Below are positions 37,910 to 47,618 of a stretch of DNA of 64,000 nucleotides, piece by piece (within the stretch, counting starts at the first letter, position 1; every line of letters begins with the position of its first letter). Location of the stretch: positions 1 to 64,000 of the IMG/VR virus record IMGVR_UViG_3300042923_000601. The stretch is one strand, 5' to 3'. The notes beneath the pieces were generated by a model. That model searched no databases, was not told the DNA's origin, and saw only the letters and a list, made by a program, of their open reading frames with translations. Made by a program: the position numbers and the translations under genes.

Positions 37910-39484
37910 TTAATTACGCCCGTGTAGGTAGCTTTCCTTCCATTTTAAAACAATCCGCCCTTGATCATCTCTGACATAAGGTGCGGCCTTAGGTTTCGGT
38001 GCAATAGGTTCGTCGCCTACGTCAATTGTGATGATTTTACCCTGTTTAGCCTTCTTCCCAAGGTAAGGAAGACGATTCTGATACTGCGCATATGCTTCTT
38101 GGAAGTCAGAATTCAGTACTTCCATATAATAAACTGACTTGTTATTCTTCCGAAGACGACCGGGTAACTGGTCAGCATAAATCTTATTGCTATACGGGAT
38201 GGTGTTAATCATAAATTGAAGATTATAAATATCGGCACCTGTACCAAGTCCTTTTTCTGTACCTAAAATGATATCCTTCTCAAGCTCTCGCTCACGGTCC
38301 TTCTTCGGAATATCACTTGTATACATCCCGACGCTATACTCCGGGAAATTTCTCTCTAAAAACTTAGCCACTACCGTTAGGAATGCCTTAGTAGACCCGA
38401 GAATCAGGAGCTTACCCCCATCTTCTCTATACGGCACCATAATGGTATTGATGGCTTTATAAATCGCATTAAAAAAGGGAACCCGTGCGCCTTGGTGTTC
38501 GACGAGATAGTCCGAATACTTGGCTGCCGATAGTCCATCCTTTGTCTTACAGTTGATTCGTTGCTTTGTGGTTGGTTTATGGTGAAACGTGAATATGATC
38601 ATAATGATATGGTTCGTCTCAATAGTGGCGAACTCTTTACCGATGATAGGCACTCGGCTAAAGAGCCGCTGGAAGATGCGATCTTCATCACGGTCGCCTC
38701 GTCCTGCAGAGGATGTAAGGTAGAAGTTCCGTTTGACGTTAGTGTAGCAGTCGATCTTCACATTGGTTGCAAAGTCCCAGTGCGCTTCATCAATAACCTT
38801 AATCCCGGCTTTGGTCTTCTCAATCACCTTCTGGAAAGTATCCCAGCCGTGTTGACGGGCAAAGGAACGAACTGTCGCTCGGTTAAAGATAAAAATATCC
38901 ACGTCTTCCCTTTCACCTTTTAGGATAGAAAGGCAGTCTTTAGAACCCTTTACAATCATGACTGAGGACTTAGTCTTTGTGGTAGCTTCGAGTATACCCT
39001 CATACCATTGATCAGCGATTCGACTTGCTTGACCGGGTGTAAAGATAACCGCCTTATGCCCAAAGTAGGACATGGCTGCTGTCATACAATAGGTTTTACC
39101 CTTACCGGTATCAAGGTCACAGTATAGCTGGGAATGCCCCTTGGTGTATTGATACCTCTTATTCCCTCCGCAGAAAAAAGAAATAACTTCAAGCTGCAAA
39201 GGCTCACGTGGCTCACGGAGGAGTTGAATATCCATCCGCTCGTATGCTTGAGGTTTTGTGTTCACCTCAACAGTTCGGTCTAATGTAGAGGCAAGCTTAT
39301 CAGCTGAATATCCTCTTGGGATGCGAAGCTCGCGTTTATCTTCGTCATACGCGAACCCTACAATTTCTCTTTGATAAATCCGGTTATTGAAGACTGACAA
39401 TTGATTCTCAATCGTGGTACAGTCTCCTAAGTCATAGTTGGGAATGACATAATGCGAAAAATTAGCAATCACTGTATCTGGCAT
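37910..39484 (-). CDS. Superfamily 2 (DEAH-type) helicase
   Basis: Start revised to ATG 39484 (TAGGAGGT); DTGKGKT, VIDEAH, LTSS, QLPGRLR. Confidence 0.9.
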   Translation of the reverse strand: MPDTVIANFSHYVIPNYDLGDCTTIENQLSVFNNRIYQREIVGFAYDEDKRELRIPRGYSADKLASTLDRTVEVNTKPQAYERMDIQLLREPREPLQLEVISFFCGGNKRYQYTKGHSQLYCDLDTGKGKTYCMTAAMSYFGHKAVIFTPGQASRIADQWYEGILEATTKTKSSVMIVKGSKDCLSILKGEREDVDIFIFNRATVRSFARQHGWDTFQKVIEKTKAGIKVIDEAHWDFATNVKIDCYTNVKRNFYLTSSAGRGDRDEDRIFQRLFSRVPIIGKEFATIETNHIIMIIFTFHHKPTTKQRINCKTKDGLSAAKYSDYLVEHQGARVPFFNAIYKAINTIMVPYREDGGKLLILGSTKAFLTVVAKFLERNFPEYSVGMYTSDIPKKDRERELEKDIILGTEKGLGTGADIYNLQFMINTIPYSNKIYADQLPGRLRKNNKSVYYMEVLNSDFQEAYAQYQNRLPYLGKKAKQGKIITIDVGDEPIAPKPKAAPYVRDDQGRIVLKWKESYLHGRN

Positions 39485-39572
39485 GACTAACCTCCTAAGA
39501 AAGAAAAAATAACGAGCAGAGTAGAGAAGGGCAATTACGCCCTTCTCCATCTGTTTTATACCCGATAGGTTA

Positions 39573-39923
39573 CTACTCTTTGCGATATACCATTGGATGC
39601 CGATGAATATGCATACACACAACATCTCGTGGCGATAATACCCATTTAGCATCTTCGACAAAACTGGCCTTGAACTCGTCCACTGTGAAATCTAACTCGG
39701 ATTCCAGAATTAATTCACGGTATGACTCGTCCTCGGTTTCAAATGTAATAATCCACGCGGGGTCTACATTTGTCCGGAATCCTTCTACAAAATGTATAGT
39801 AACGATGTCCGGATTATCAACGTCCACACCCTCAGGTGGTTCATACATCGCTCTTAAATAGTTCTGCAGTGCACATTCAATTTTTATGAATTTTTCATTA
39901 TCAATACTATTCATAATAAACAC
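39573..39923 (-). CDS. Hypothetical protein
   Basis: 116 aa, acidic; GAGGTG RBS near second Met. Confidence 0.65.
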   Translation of the reverse strand: MFIMNSIDNEKFIKIECALQNYLRAMYEPPEGVDVDNPDIVTIHFVEGFRTNVDPAWIITFETEDESYRELILESELDFTVDEFKASFVEDAKWVLSPRDVVCMHIHRHPMVYRKE

Positions 39924-39936
39924 CTCAGTGCTATGT

Positions 39937-40530
39937 TTAAAAGTTGAAAGTACCAGTCAGATGTGGACTTTTTGTTCGCACATATGCCATGCCGGTATTC
40001 TTTAAATAATGCATTGGGTCAGCAGTTTTCTTAAGAGAATGAAGTGCTTGTGATGCTTTTGATACGAAGGTGGCCATGTATCCCGAAGTTGTCTCCTCAA
40101 CAATGTACGGGTCAAGACCATATTCAAATGCCGCCTGTACCATCGCTTTGATATCACTTCTAGCGATTGTTATACCGGATGCTAACCCATCAACTGGGCG
40201 AACTTCAATCAGTGGTTTATTGTTTAGTGATATCATGTAGCCTTTTGGCATACGAGTAGCTACATAGTCAGTTGCAGCATTGATGTATTTATCATAGACA
40301 TCGTTTGTAATCATCCTTACAATCGAGTCAATATTAGGGATTGTGCGGCTTTCCAAATAGATCAGCCGTGTCCAGGCAGAGACCGAATGGTAGTATACAA
40401 TTTGAATCTGACCATTTATTCTTACCATTGCCCGGATACGGCTACCCTCAGCAATGTCAATTTTCCAACCCGGTGGAAGTTTAGTTTCTACTTGAGATAA
40501 TGTATCGAGTATCATTTCCTCACTTGCCAT
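39937..40530 (-). CDS. Hypothetical protein
   Basis: 197 aa with TAGGAGGG RBS. Confidence 0.7.
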   Translation of the reverse strand: MASEEMILDTLSQVETKLPPGWKIDIAEGSRIRAMVRINGQIQIVYYHSVSAWTRLIYLESRTIPNIDSIVRMITNDVYDKYINAATDYVATRMPKGYMISLNNKPLIEVRPVDGLASGITIARSDIKAMVQAAFEYGLDPYIVEETTSGYMATFVSKASQALHSLKKTADPMHYLKNTGMAYVRTKSPHLTGTFNF

Positions 40531-40587
40531 TACTATAACCCTCCTAAAATAAAGTAAAGAAGAGCGGGAAAAATCCCGCTCTTCAAA

Positions 40588-40887
40588 TTATGCCTCAGGG
40601 GCGGATTCTTCTTTGATATACATGATGACAGTATCCTGTGTTTCGGACGTGTTCTTGAACCGAATCAAGACCGTCGATTGGTTAGGCTTGAGGGAACCGC
40701 CAGCCATTTTGATCAGTCGAGTCCGCATGTCCCGGATGGTGTACGCTTGTGCACCAGTTACCTGAGACGGCAGGTTTTCTTCGACCGAAAGATATTTTCT
40801 AGCAGCGATAAGACCACGTGTAGCCCCAATCGATGGTTCTTCACCAGGGATATTCAGATCATTACGAACGTCATTTACGATTGCCAT
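40588..40887 (-). CDS. Hypothetical protein
   Basis: 99 aa with AAGGAGG RBS. Confidence 0.7.
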   Translation of the reverse strand: MAIVNDVRNDLNIPGEEPSIGATRGLIAARKYLSVEENLPSQVTGAQAYTIRDMRTRLIKMAGGSLKPNQSTVLIRFKNTSETQDTVIMYIKEESAPEA

Positions 40888-40889
40888 TG

Positions 40890-41372
40890 TTAAATTCCTC
40901 CTTTAGGTTGTCCAAGTGTTTTGGATTCTTCAGTTTTTTTAAGATAATGCTGACCTGCGGCGTGTATAATCTGCCTATCAACATCACTGATACCATGACG
41001 TACTACGATACCATGAGCACGAGCTAATGCTTGTTCGCGTCTGGTAAGTTGCTCCTTATACCCTGGCGAGTTGCGATGCTCATCAAGCCCAGGGAGAGCT
41101 TCGTTGAATCTGGCTAACAGGCCGTCTGCAATGCATTCGATTGCAAATTCAGGCTCATGGCCTAACTTTATGCATTCGGTATAGGTTGGTTCAACATCAG
41201 CTTCGAGTGTCATAATCATGATACCTTCAGTCAGTTCAGATATCAGAATACGATTACGATTCATTCTCTGCGGCATAAATAACGACGTGGAGTTTGCACA
41301 CCAACCAGCTGGAAGGGATTGATTCAATCGTTCAGCGACCTTGTTAATTATTCCATCCATTAGCGCCACCAT
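40890..41372 (-). CDS. Hypothetical protein
   Basis: 160 aa, overlaps upstream gene end. Confidence 0.65.
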   Translation of the reverse strand: MVALMDGIINKVAERLNQSLPAGWCANSTSLFMPQRMNRNRILISELTEGIMIMTLEADVEPTYTECIKLGHEPEFAIECIADGLLARFNEALPGLDEHRNSPGYKEQLTRREQALARAHGIVVRHGISDVDRQIIHAAGQHYLKKTEESKTLGQPKGGI

Positions 41373-41637
41373 CCCTCTTCACCCAGCTATTCCGGCATAT
41401 GGTATACATTTCAAACAGCTGCTCCTCAGTCATCGTTTCCAGTACGTGAGGATTCCAGTCCCAGTGACCATACGATGCCCTGAAAAACCCACATTTATCA
41501 ATCAGTGGGTTACCCATAACGCCGTAGTTCGGTTGAGTTCCAATAACCAGAGACATCAAGTCTCTCTTATCCAGCTCAACAGTGAGCTTCCTTGCAGTTT
41601 CGGGTGTTCCAGTTGTCTCAGCATCCATCGTTTTCAT
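41344..41637 (-). CDS. Hypothetical protein
   Basis: 97 aa with AAGGAGG RBS. Confidence 0.65.
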   Translation of the reverse strand: MKTMDAETTGTPETARKLTVELDKRDLMSLVIGTQPNYGVMGNPLIDKCGFFRASYGHWDWNPHVLETMTEEQLFEMYTICRNSWVKRDGGANGWNN

Positions 41638-41649
41638 CCTCCTTATATT

Positions 41650-42831
41650 CTACAGCGGGCGGTTAATAGCATACCGACGGCCGAAGATGTTACATGTACC
41701 AGCACATTTCAGATTCGGGATTTGAACCTTCGATTTCAGGTCAGCGCCTGATTGAAGTTTCGGATAATCCAGATGAATCTGGGAATGCTCATCCGAGTTA
41801 TTCAGGTATTCGCGGAACGTATCAGCCGTTTGCATAGCGATTTCGCGCTGAGCATTGCAGCAGATGCGCTCGAACGTTTTCAAGATAAAGTGCTCGTATG
41901 TACCGCGTTCAACGATGTCAACCATCGTCGCCTGTGGGTAGGACAAAGCGCCTCTGTAATTAAGGTCAACACGCCATTCGTCCTCAAATGGTTTGACGAT
42001 CTCAGGAACGTAATAGTCCTCAGCATCTTCATCCAGATAGAAGGAGTGATTCAGGGTACGATGCCGCTGCGCTTGAGCATATTGAGCTAAACTGCCCTTA
42101 TACGTCGTGCAATAGACATCCCCATAGTATGGTGTGAACTTCCGTTCATGCAGATGAAGCATGGACAGCTTCCGGTTTTTGAGCCTAGCATTCAGCTCGT
42201 CCACCCGGAATGGCTGCAGTGTATCCAGAAATTCTGGGATATAACTTGCAAGCTTCCCGCCGAATCCGCCGTCATATTTACCCGTAGAGGCGTCGATGTT
42301 GGCATCGTGGAAGTCTTCCAGCATATGAATCAGATAATTCAGTTGATGCAGGTTAGTTGTGTATACCATCGTTGTAGGTGTAAATACACTGAGTTGATAA
42401 CGAGCGTTTTCAATCGCGTATTTTGTCACCTGCAGTGGTGTAAGTTTAGGAAACTGTTCAGCAATGATCGGTGTCAGCTTGTCAATCCATTTACGATAGA
42501 CTACGCCTTCGTCACCCATTGCCTTCATCGTTGTATAACGTGCAGACTTCTCCGAGGTCGTATACATACCTTCGTTGTTCAGCAGCATGGCAAGCGCCTT
42601 CGGGATATCCGAAAAAACAAAGGTGTAATTCACATGACCATACACCGAGTGGTGTCCACTACCCAGTGTCTGGTCGATACGCCGCTGTGTGCGCTCGGTG
42701 TCTTCAGCCATAATAGCTTCGACGGTATCCTTCATGTAACATACTCCTGCGGCATGAGACGAGAACCCAAGGGCCTCGTCCAATGGCAGGATAAATTGCG
42801 GCTTCGTTGAGCCCATAACCACTGTCTTCAT
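41650..42831 (-). CDS. thyX: FAD-dependent thymidylate synthase ThyX (long form)
   Basis: GHHSVYGH, SEKSARYT, QAQRHRT, ERICCNAQREI. Confidence 0.85.
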   Translation of the reverse strand: MKTVVMGSTKPQFILPLDEALGFSSHAAGVCYMKDTVEAIMAEDTERTQRRIDQTLGSGHHSVYGHVNYTFVFSDIPKALAMLLNNEGMYTTSEKSARYTTMKAMGDEGVVYRKWIDKLTPIIAEQFPKLTPLQVTKYAIENARYQLSVFTPTTMVYTTNLHQLNYLIHMLEDFHDANIDASTGKYDGGFGGKLASYIPEFLDTLQPFRVDELNARLKNRKLSMLHLHERKFTPYYGDVYCTTYKGSLAQYAQAQRHRTLNHSFYLDEDAEDYYVPEIVKPFEDEWRVDLNYRGALSYPQATMVDIVERGTYEHFILKTFERICCNAQREIAMQTADTFREYLNNSDEHSQIHLDYPKLQSGADLKSKVQIPNLKCAGTCNIFGRRYAINRPL

Positions 42832-42834
42832 CGG

Positions 42835-43083
42835 TTATTCTCCTCCATTTAGTTGTACCACACTCCATGAATCTTGAATAAAATCCATCATCATGGAGGT
42901 GACTTTGGTTTGGAGAGGCTTGCTCTCTGGGTAAACCACGAGCACGCCGTCCCCGTTTTCAATAATATGTGTACCGGGAAAGGTATCTGGTGGATACATT
43001 TTCCCTCGTTTACTATGTATGACGCCGGTATCTTCTAAACTAGCGCCACGCATGAATAGAGCAACTTCGCCGCTGATATCCAA
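42835..43083 (-). CDS. Hypothetical protein
   Basis: 82 aa, TTG start after GAAGGGG. Confidence 0.5.
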   Translation of the reverse strand: MDISGEVALFMRGASLEDTGVIHSKRGKMYPPDTFPGTHIIENGDGVLVVYPESKPLQTKVTSMMMDFIQDSWSVVQLNGGE

Positions 43084-43152
43084 GCGGTATTTCCCCTTCC
43101 ATATATCGTTTTAGCCTATTCACTTTTTTATTCCCTAAATTCACCAATAGAC

Positions 43153-43164
43153 CAATAGCTTGTT
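43153..43164 (-). promoter_or_regulatory. Putative AACA-N6-TR promoter
   Basis: AACAAGCTATTG, identical to the 12-mer at 4857-4868. Confidence 0.4.
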
Positions 43165-43175
43165 CGTACCATTTG

Positions 43176-43913
43176 TTAAATGACACCGGTATCGTCACTT
43201 GTTGTTGCATCCCATAAGTGGTACAGATGATACTTCTTTGTAAAGAGTGCGTATGCAACCCGAAGCACCGTCTTACGTTGACGCAGTGGGAACTCCACCG
43301 TTTGGCGAGGACTGAGAACCAATAGCGCATTCGATGTCATTCGAACTTCGATATAGTCAACGTCTCGCCTTACGGTAGGGTCATCTTGTTTAATAAGATA
43401 TGGGAAGTCGGTGTTGATAGCTGGCAGTGAACGAAGTGAATGGTGCAGATACTCCGTGTCCGTCAGATACAAGAAGAACGAAAAGACAGTGGACTTCCCA
43501 AGAAGATTGTTCAAGATATACGAACCAAGGATGTCAAGCTTGGCTATATTGTCCAGTACATCCAAGTACGTTCCTTTAGCAATGATCTCGGATGACTGGT
43601 ACAGAATTTTATCGAATAACGCGAAGCACTCGTGCGTATCGTCACGATACTTACGCAGCATCGTATCGGCATGACGACGAACCTCCGCCTCATAGGTTTC
43701 CTTTGTAGATAGCAGTTCCTTATTGGTAATACGCACGGTCATATGACCTTCCGGCGCTTTGCGTTCCATGCGAGCCAGCGTACGTTTCATATCCGATAGC
43801 TGACGTTCAGCTGCTTCGAGCTTGGTTTCAGTAACTGCCAGTTGAGTAACGAGCCCGTCTTTCTCTCTGGTTGCTTCTGTTGCAACTCTCTTCCATCCAA
43901 AAATACTCGTCAT
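43176..43913 (-). CDS. Hypothetical protein with N-terminal coiled coil
   Basis: 245 aa with AAGGGGAG RBS. Confidence 0.7.
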   Translation of the reverse strand: MTSIFGWKRVATEATREKDGLVTQLAVTETKLEAAERQLSDMKRTLARMERKAPEGHMTVRITNKELLSTKETYEAEVRRHADTMLRKYRDDTHECFALFDKILYQSSEIIAKGTYLDVLDNIAKLDILGSYILNNLLGKSTVFSFFLYLTDTEYLHHSLRSLPAINTDFPYLIKQDDPTVRRDVDYIEVRMTSNALLVLSPRQTVEFPLRQRKTVLRVAYALFTKKYHLYHLWDATTSDDTGVI

Positions 43914-44014
43914 AGTAGTAGTCTCCCTTTATTATAGAATAAGGTCAGAGGGCTGATTCCCTCTGACCTTTCAGTATCTATTCGTCGTTCCAAAGGTTCA
44001 TAAGAGTATACCTC

Positions 44015-45205
44015 CTACTCGTTGATGAATAGGAGACTGTAGCTTGAAGACTTTGTCTTCTTGTAGGTCAGTGGATTCTTAAGCTGTTGTTTAACCTTCT
44101 CAAACATCAGTCCTGCGATAACAGAACCGCTTAGGATTGCAGCGTCATTCATGCTGACCATCCGGTAGTTAGAAGGTTCCTGTTTAACCGTCCAGTCTGG
44201 GATATCAAGCTCATTATTCTTATCCCGGATCAGGTTACGGATAATCATTTCAATGTGTACCGAAGGCGTCTGGATTCCCCCTTGACGGAAGAGCTTGTTC
44301 AGCACCTTGATGAATTCGTTATAGTCAGTTACACCATCCAGCATCTTCTTACCCTTCTGGATAAACTTCGTAAGCTGCTTGATTGGTTTAGTCAACTCGT
44401 TATTACTAACGCGCAGGAAGAAGAACGGCTCAGTAGCATCAATGTGCTTCAGTTCGATCAGGCATTCCTCTTCATCCGAGTCGATGCTGAAGAACTGACT
44501 GTCACGAAGAAGTCCATACATCTGCTTACTGAGGTATAGGTGCATGCCGGTTTCTTCCCGGATTTCAATCATCTCACCGGTTTTCTTGTCACGGAGCGTA
44601 ACCTTCTCCATGTAATAGTTGTCATATTTATCATAGGCTTCTTCCGACTCCATCTTGATGTCTTGCCGTAACATGACAATCACATACTTGGACTCTTTGA
44701 TCTCAGGGTTGAGCTTAAAGAGCCAGCCGTTTGTGTTGACCAAGATGTTGTAGGTGTCAATGAGCACAACCTTGGCGCTGTTTGTAGCAAGCGCATGTCG
44801 AGCAGATAGCCCCAGCTGCGTCTTTGCTTCATTTGTGTCGATACCTGCGAATTTACCTGCATGCATACCATAGTTTACGTTATAGAGTAAGCCGTAGCAT
44901 ACCTTGCAGATTTTACCGTTCTTCACACCGCAAGTAGCCGGTGATCGGAGTTCCACATTCTTACCAATAAGATGTGTATCCTTGGTGCTGATAACCTTGA
45001 ATTTCTTAGGGCCGACTTTCATAAACCGGCCGTCATAGCTTGTCAGATCAGCCTGCGAGTCAATACGTGTAGAGTACAGATTCACAGTGTCGCAGGAATA
45101 GTGTGGGTCTTCATTAAGCGTCACGTTCTCCGTTGCGAAGTTAATGTGGCGACCAAAGTACCCAGCTTCTGCTACACCCATCTGCATGATACTTGCCTTC
45201 CTACC
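44015..45205 (-). CDS. Multisubunit RNA polymerase beta-prime (C-terminal part), exon 2
   Basis: GRKA...AGYFGRH (bridge helix), LRSPATC...ICKVCYG zinc site, EAKTQLGLSARH (trigger loop), VHIEMIIRNL. Confidence 0.88.
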   Translation of the reverse strand, partial: GRKASIMQMGVAEAGYFGRHINFATENVTLNEDPHYSCDTVNLYSTRIDSQADLTSYDGRFMKVGPKKFKVISTKDTHLIGKNVELRSPATCGVKNGKICKVCYGLLYNVNYGMHAGKFAGIDTNEAKTQLGLSARHALATNSAKVVLIDTYNILVNTNGWLFKLNPEIKESKYVIVMLRQDIKMESEEAYDKYDNYYMEKVTLRDKKTGEMIEIREETGMHLYLSKQMYGLLRDSQFFSIDSDEEECLIELKHIDATEPFFFLRVSNNELTKPIKQLTKFIQKGKKMLDGVTDYNEFIKVLNKLFRQGGIQTPSVHIEMIIRNLIRDKNNELDIPDWTVKQEPSNYRMVSMNDAAILSGSVIAGLMFEKVKQQLKNPLTYKKTKSSSYSLLFINE

Positions 45206-46551
45206 TGGTACCTTCACATAGTTCATTACACTATGCAGTTCGCACGGTTTATACGCCGTTGAACTTCTCCGGTTTTTCTCCGGATGTCGAGACTATATCT
45301 TGTCCATAGGGAGACATAAGTCTTCCCCTTAGGACCCTGCCATTTCCATTTAAGAGCATCTCACTCACCCATTTGGGCCGTACGCCTGTTGCCGAATTGC
45401 ACGGCTACTCACTGTTGTCACAGCTTTCGGCTAGTCGTTGAACGTGCTACTATCATATCTTTGCAGATTCACGGAGTGGTTAGTCCCGTTAGTCTACTCC
45501 CCTTAAACTTTTATACAATGAATATATTTCTTCTTTGGTGAAGTATTGGTCTGATATACCTGGCTGAACTCGTTTTCGGTATACATTTTCCACAAAACCT
45601 ATATCAATAGCTAGTCGGCCTGCGATATAGTTATGAGGTCTTCCGGCTACCAAATATCTACAAACTGCATGAACTGTCTCGTCGTCATACTTTCGCTGAC
45701 GTTTGCGGTTTGGTTTGATATTGTATTGATCAGATATTGATTTGTACTTCTTACCAATTGCTATCTCAACCAATAGTGAGAAAAATCGTTTGTTGTCTTT
45801 AACGTTAGATGTGCCAATTATAGCGAGTCCAATCTGACCATAATCCCAATTATCAACTTCCATCATCTTACAGACCTGGTGTACTTGGTCATATGTTAAC
45901 TGGGATTTGATCAAACCATACTCTATGGCATGCATAGTGTTTCTATGAAACGATGCCCATTCCAGATTCTTGTAGTAGTTGTACGTTGAATCACCGCTTA
46001 GATGATTCACTATTGGTAAGTTATCGGGGTTAGGGATAAATGCTAGTGCAACAAGCCGACTGACCATGTAATATGACATGCCATTCGTAGTCCCAACCTC
46101 GCTCAATTTAACAACTACCTTAGGATAACCGGATTTATCAACTTTAGTTTGGAATTTTCTCTCTATACCACGGTCTTTAGAGTATAACCGACCATGGTTT
46201 GATATTAAATAACGTCCACTTATTGCATTGCCGTCTTTGGCGTCATATACCAGAGGACGCCATTCTTCTCTGTCTTTCGGTATCAATCTTAACATGATGT
46301 AATGTCATCCTCTCGTATTAACCTCCATCTCCAACTAGATTCATGATCATAGGGGGATATGATAATACTTCGCTGCTGATAGCACATTTGTTGCAACCCT
46401 TAGACTTACTATCGTCAATAGGTTAGACCTCACCTTGTTTCTGGTTTCCCTCCTGCATCCCGACCAAGGGATTAGGTGTGAGGATTAAGCGCGTCCCAGC
46501 AATTAGACAGGTTATTCAACTGAGCGTTTCCACCCAGAGGGGGCAGTTCTT
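45206..46551 (-). mobile_element. Group I (IA-type) self-splicing intron with HNH gene
   Basis: P AATTGCTGGGA 46494-46504, Q ATCAGCAGCG 46371-46380, R GTTCAACGACTA 45432-45443, S AAGATATAGTCT 45290-45301; P1 GGGU/GCCC with U.G wobble; extra helices between P7 and P3. The 3' boundary is uncertain by one base. Confidence 0.88.
45489..46295 (-). CDS. Intron-encoded NUMOD4-HNH homing endonuclease
   Basis: EEWRP...YLISNHGR (NUMOD4); VSRLVALAFIPNPDNLPIVNHLSGD...NLEW...N (HNH); lies in a loop closed by TATCATATC/GATATGATA. Confidence 0.9.
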   Translation of the reverse strand: MLRLIPKDREEWRPLVYDAKDGNAISGRYLISNHGRLYSKDRGIERKFQTKVDKSGYPKVVVKLSEVGTTNGMSYYMVSRLVALAFIPNPDNLPIVNHLSGDSTYNYYKNLEWASFHRNTMHAIEYGLIKSQLTYDQVHQVCKMMEVDNWDYGQIGLAIIGTSNVKDNKRFFSLLVEIAIGKKYKSISDQYNIKPNRKRQRKYDDETVHAVCRYLVAGRPHNYIAGRLAIDIGFVENVYRKRVQPGISDQYFTKEEIYSLYKSLRGVD

Positions 46552-47421
46552 ACCCACTGCATCTACATACGCTGACTGAGGAGTGTTCAAACCATCACCC
46601 ATAAGGCTGCTGTTTGTTACATTCGGAATGGTGTCTCCGGACAGTGTCGGTTTAAATCCAACGTTAACGAAGACCTCTTGAGCTTGATGTTTGTTGATTA
46701 CACCTGCACGAATCATTGGTTTGAGCGGGTTGTTATCATCCATTTCATTCAGCAAGATATCAAAGAGCCGATCTGTTTGTCCCCGTAGGAATTGTTCGGC
46801 TTCGTCCACCCGGAATTTATCTGGGTCATCCTCAATATGCGTATTAAGAATATCGTTCACTTCTTTATTGCGACGAGCCATCTTAAGCATATCAAAGATT
46901 GAAATGGAGTTACCGAACAGTGGCCCCATTGCGGTTGCCAGCTTATTCATGAAGACTTGTGTATCGTGATAGATTTCAGATAACCCAGCTGCTGTAAACT
47001 GATCTTTATGGTTATCGGCAAATCGGTCAAAGAACTTCTTATACTCCGCATTCGTAAAGTGTTTCGGTGCAAAGATATCATCCTCTGTAACCGCAATACC
47101 GGTTACGATGTATGGCCGCCACATAATCATATTGAAGACGAAATGCACAAACGGCATTTCGAGTAGTGGACCATCACTGTCAAGCTTATATGCCATTTTA
47201 AGTTGTCCCAAATCTTCCATTGAGATGGACATGTCTTTGCGAGTTTCGGTGATGAGCATATTTACATAAGACTCGTACTCGGAGACCTCTGCAAACTCAT
47301 TGATTACCGGACACAGCTTCATTCCGTTATCTGCTGCGCCATATGCACGTAGTCTACCTTCGATATCCGACAAGCTGTAGTTCCAGCCTGCTAATACCGA
47401 CCCCTTTTTCTTCTTACCCAT
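46552..47421 (-). CDS. RNA polymerase beta-prime (C-terminal part), exon 1
   Basis: Ends NSSLMGDGLN..SAYVDAVG, which continues into GRKA of exon 2; spliced product about 686 aa; no DFDGD motif. Confidence 0.82.
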
Positions 47422-47522
47422 TCTGTTACCTCCCGTAATAGTAGTCGAAACGAGTGCGCCTAGATGATCAGTTACGATTTATTGTCATCTATGAAGTAGG
47501 TTAATATTGCACTCGGCATGGA

Positions 47523-47532
47523 TATAATATAT
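47523..47532 (-). promoter_or_regulatory. Putative early promoter for the RNAP gene
   Basis: ATATATTATA 102 nt before the 47421 start. Confidence 0.55.
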
Positions 47533-47618
47533 ATCTGAAGGATAAGATAGAGACGCCGAAAAGGAAACACCCTTCCAAACCGGAAGGGTGTTCGTATTTG
47601 ACCTAGGAGGGTCGTAAA

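Noticed and set aside
45206-45226. ATG 45226 as start of a separate RNAP gene
   Set aside because: No RBS; it lies in the P9 hairpins of the intron, and homology starts at GRKA.
45241-45245. GTGCG as a group II intron 5' end
   Set aside because: It sits at the 3' end of the element, there is no domain V or reverse transcriptase, and group I P/Q/R/S elements are all present.
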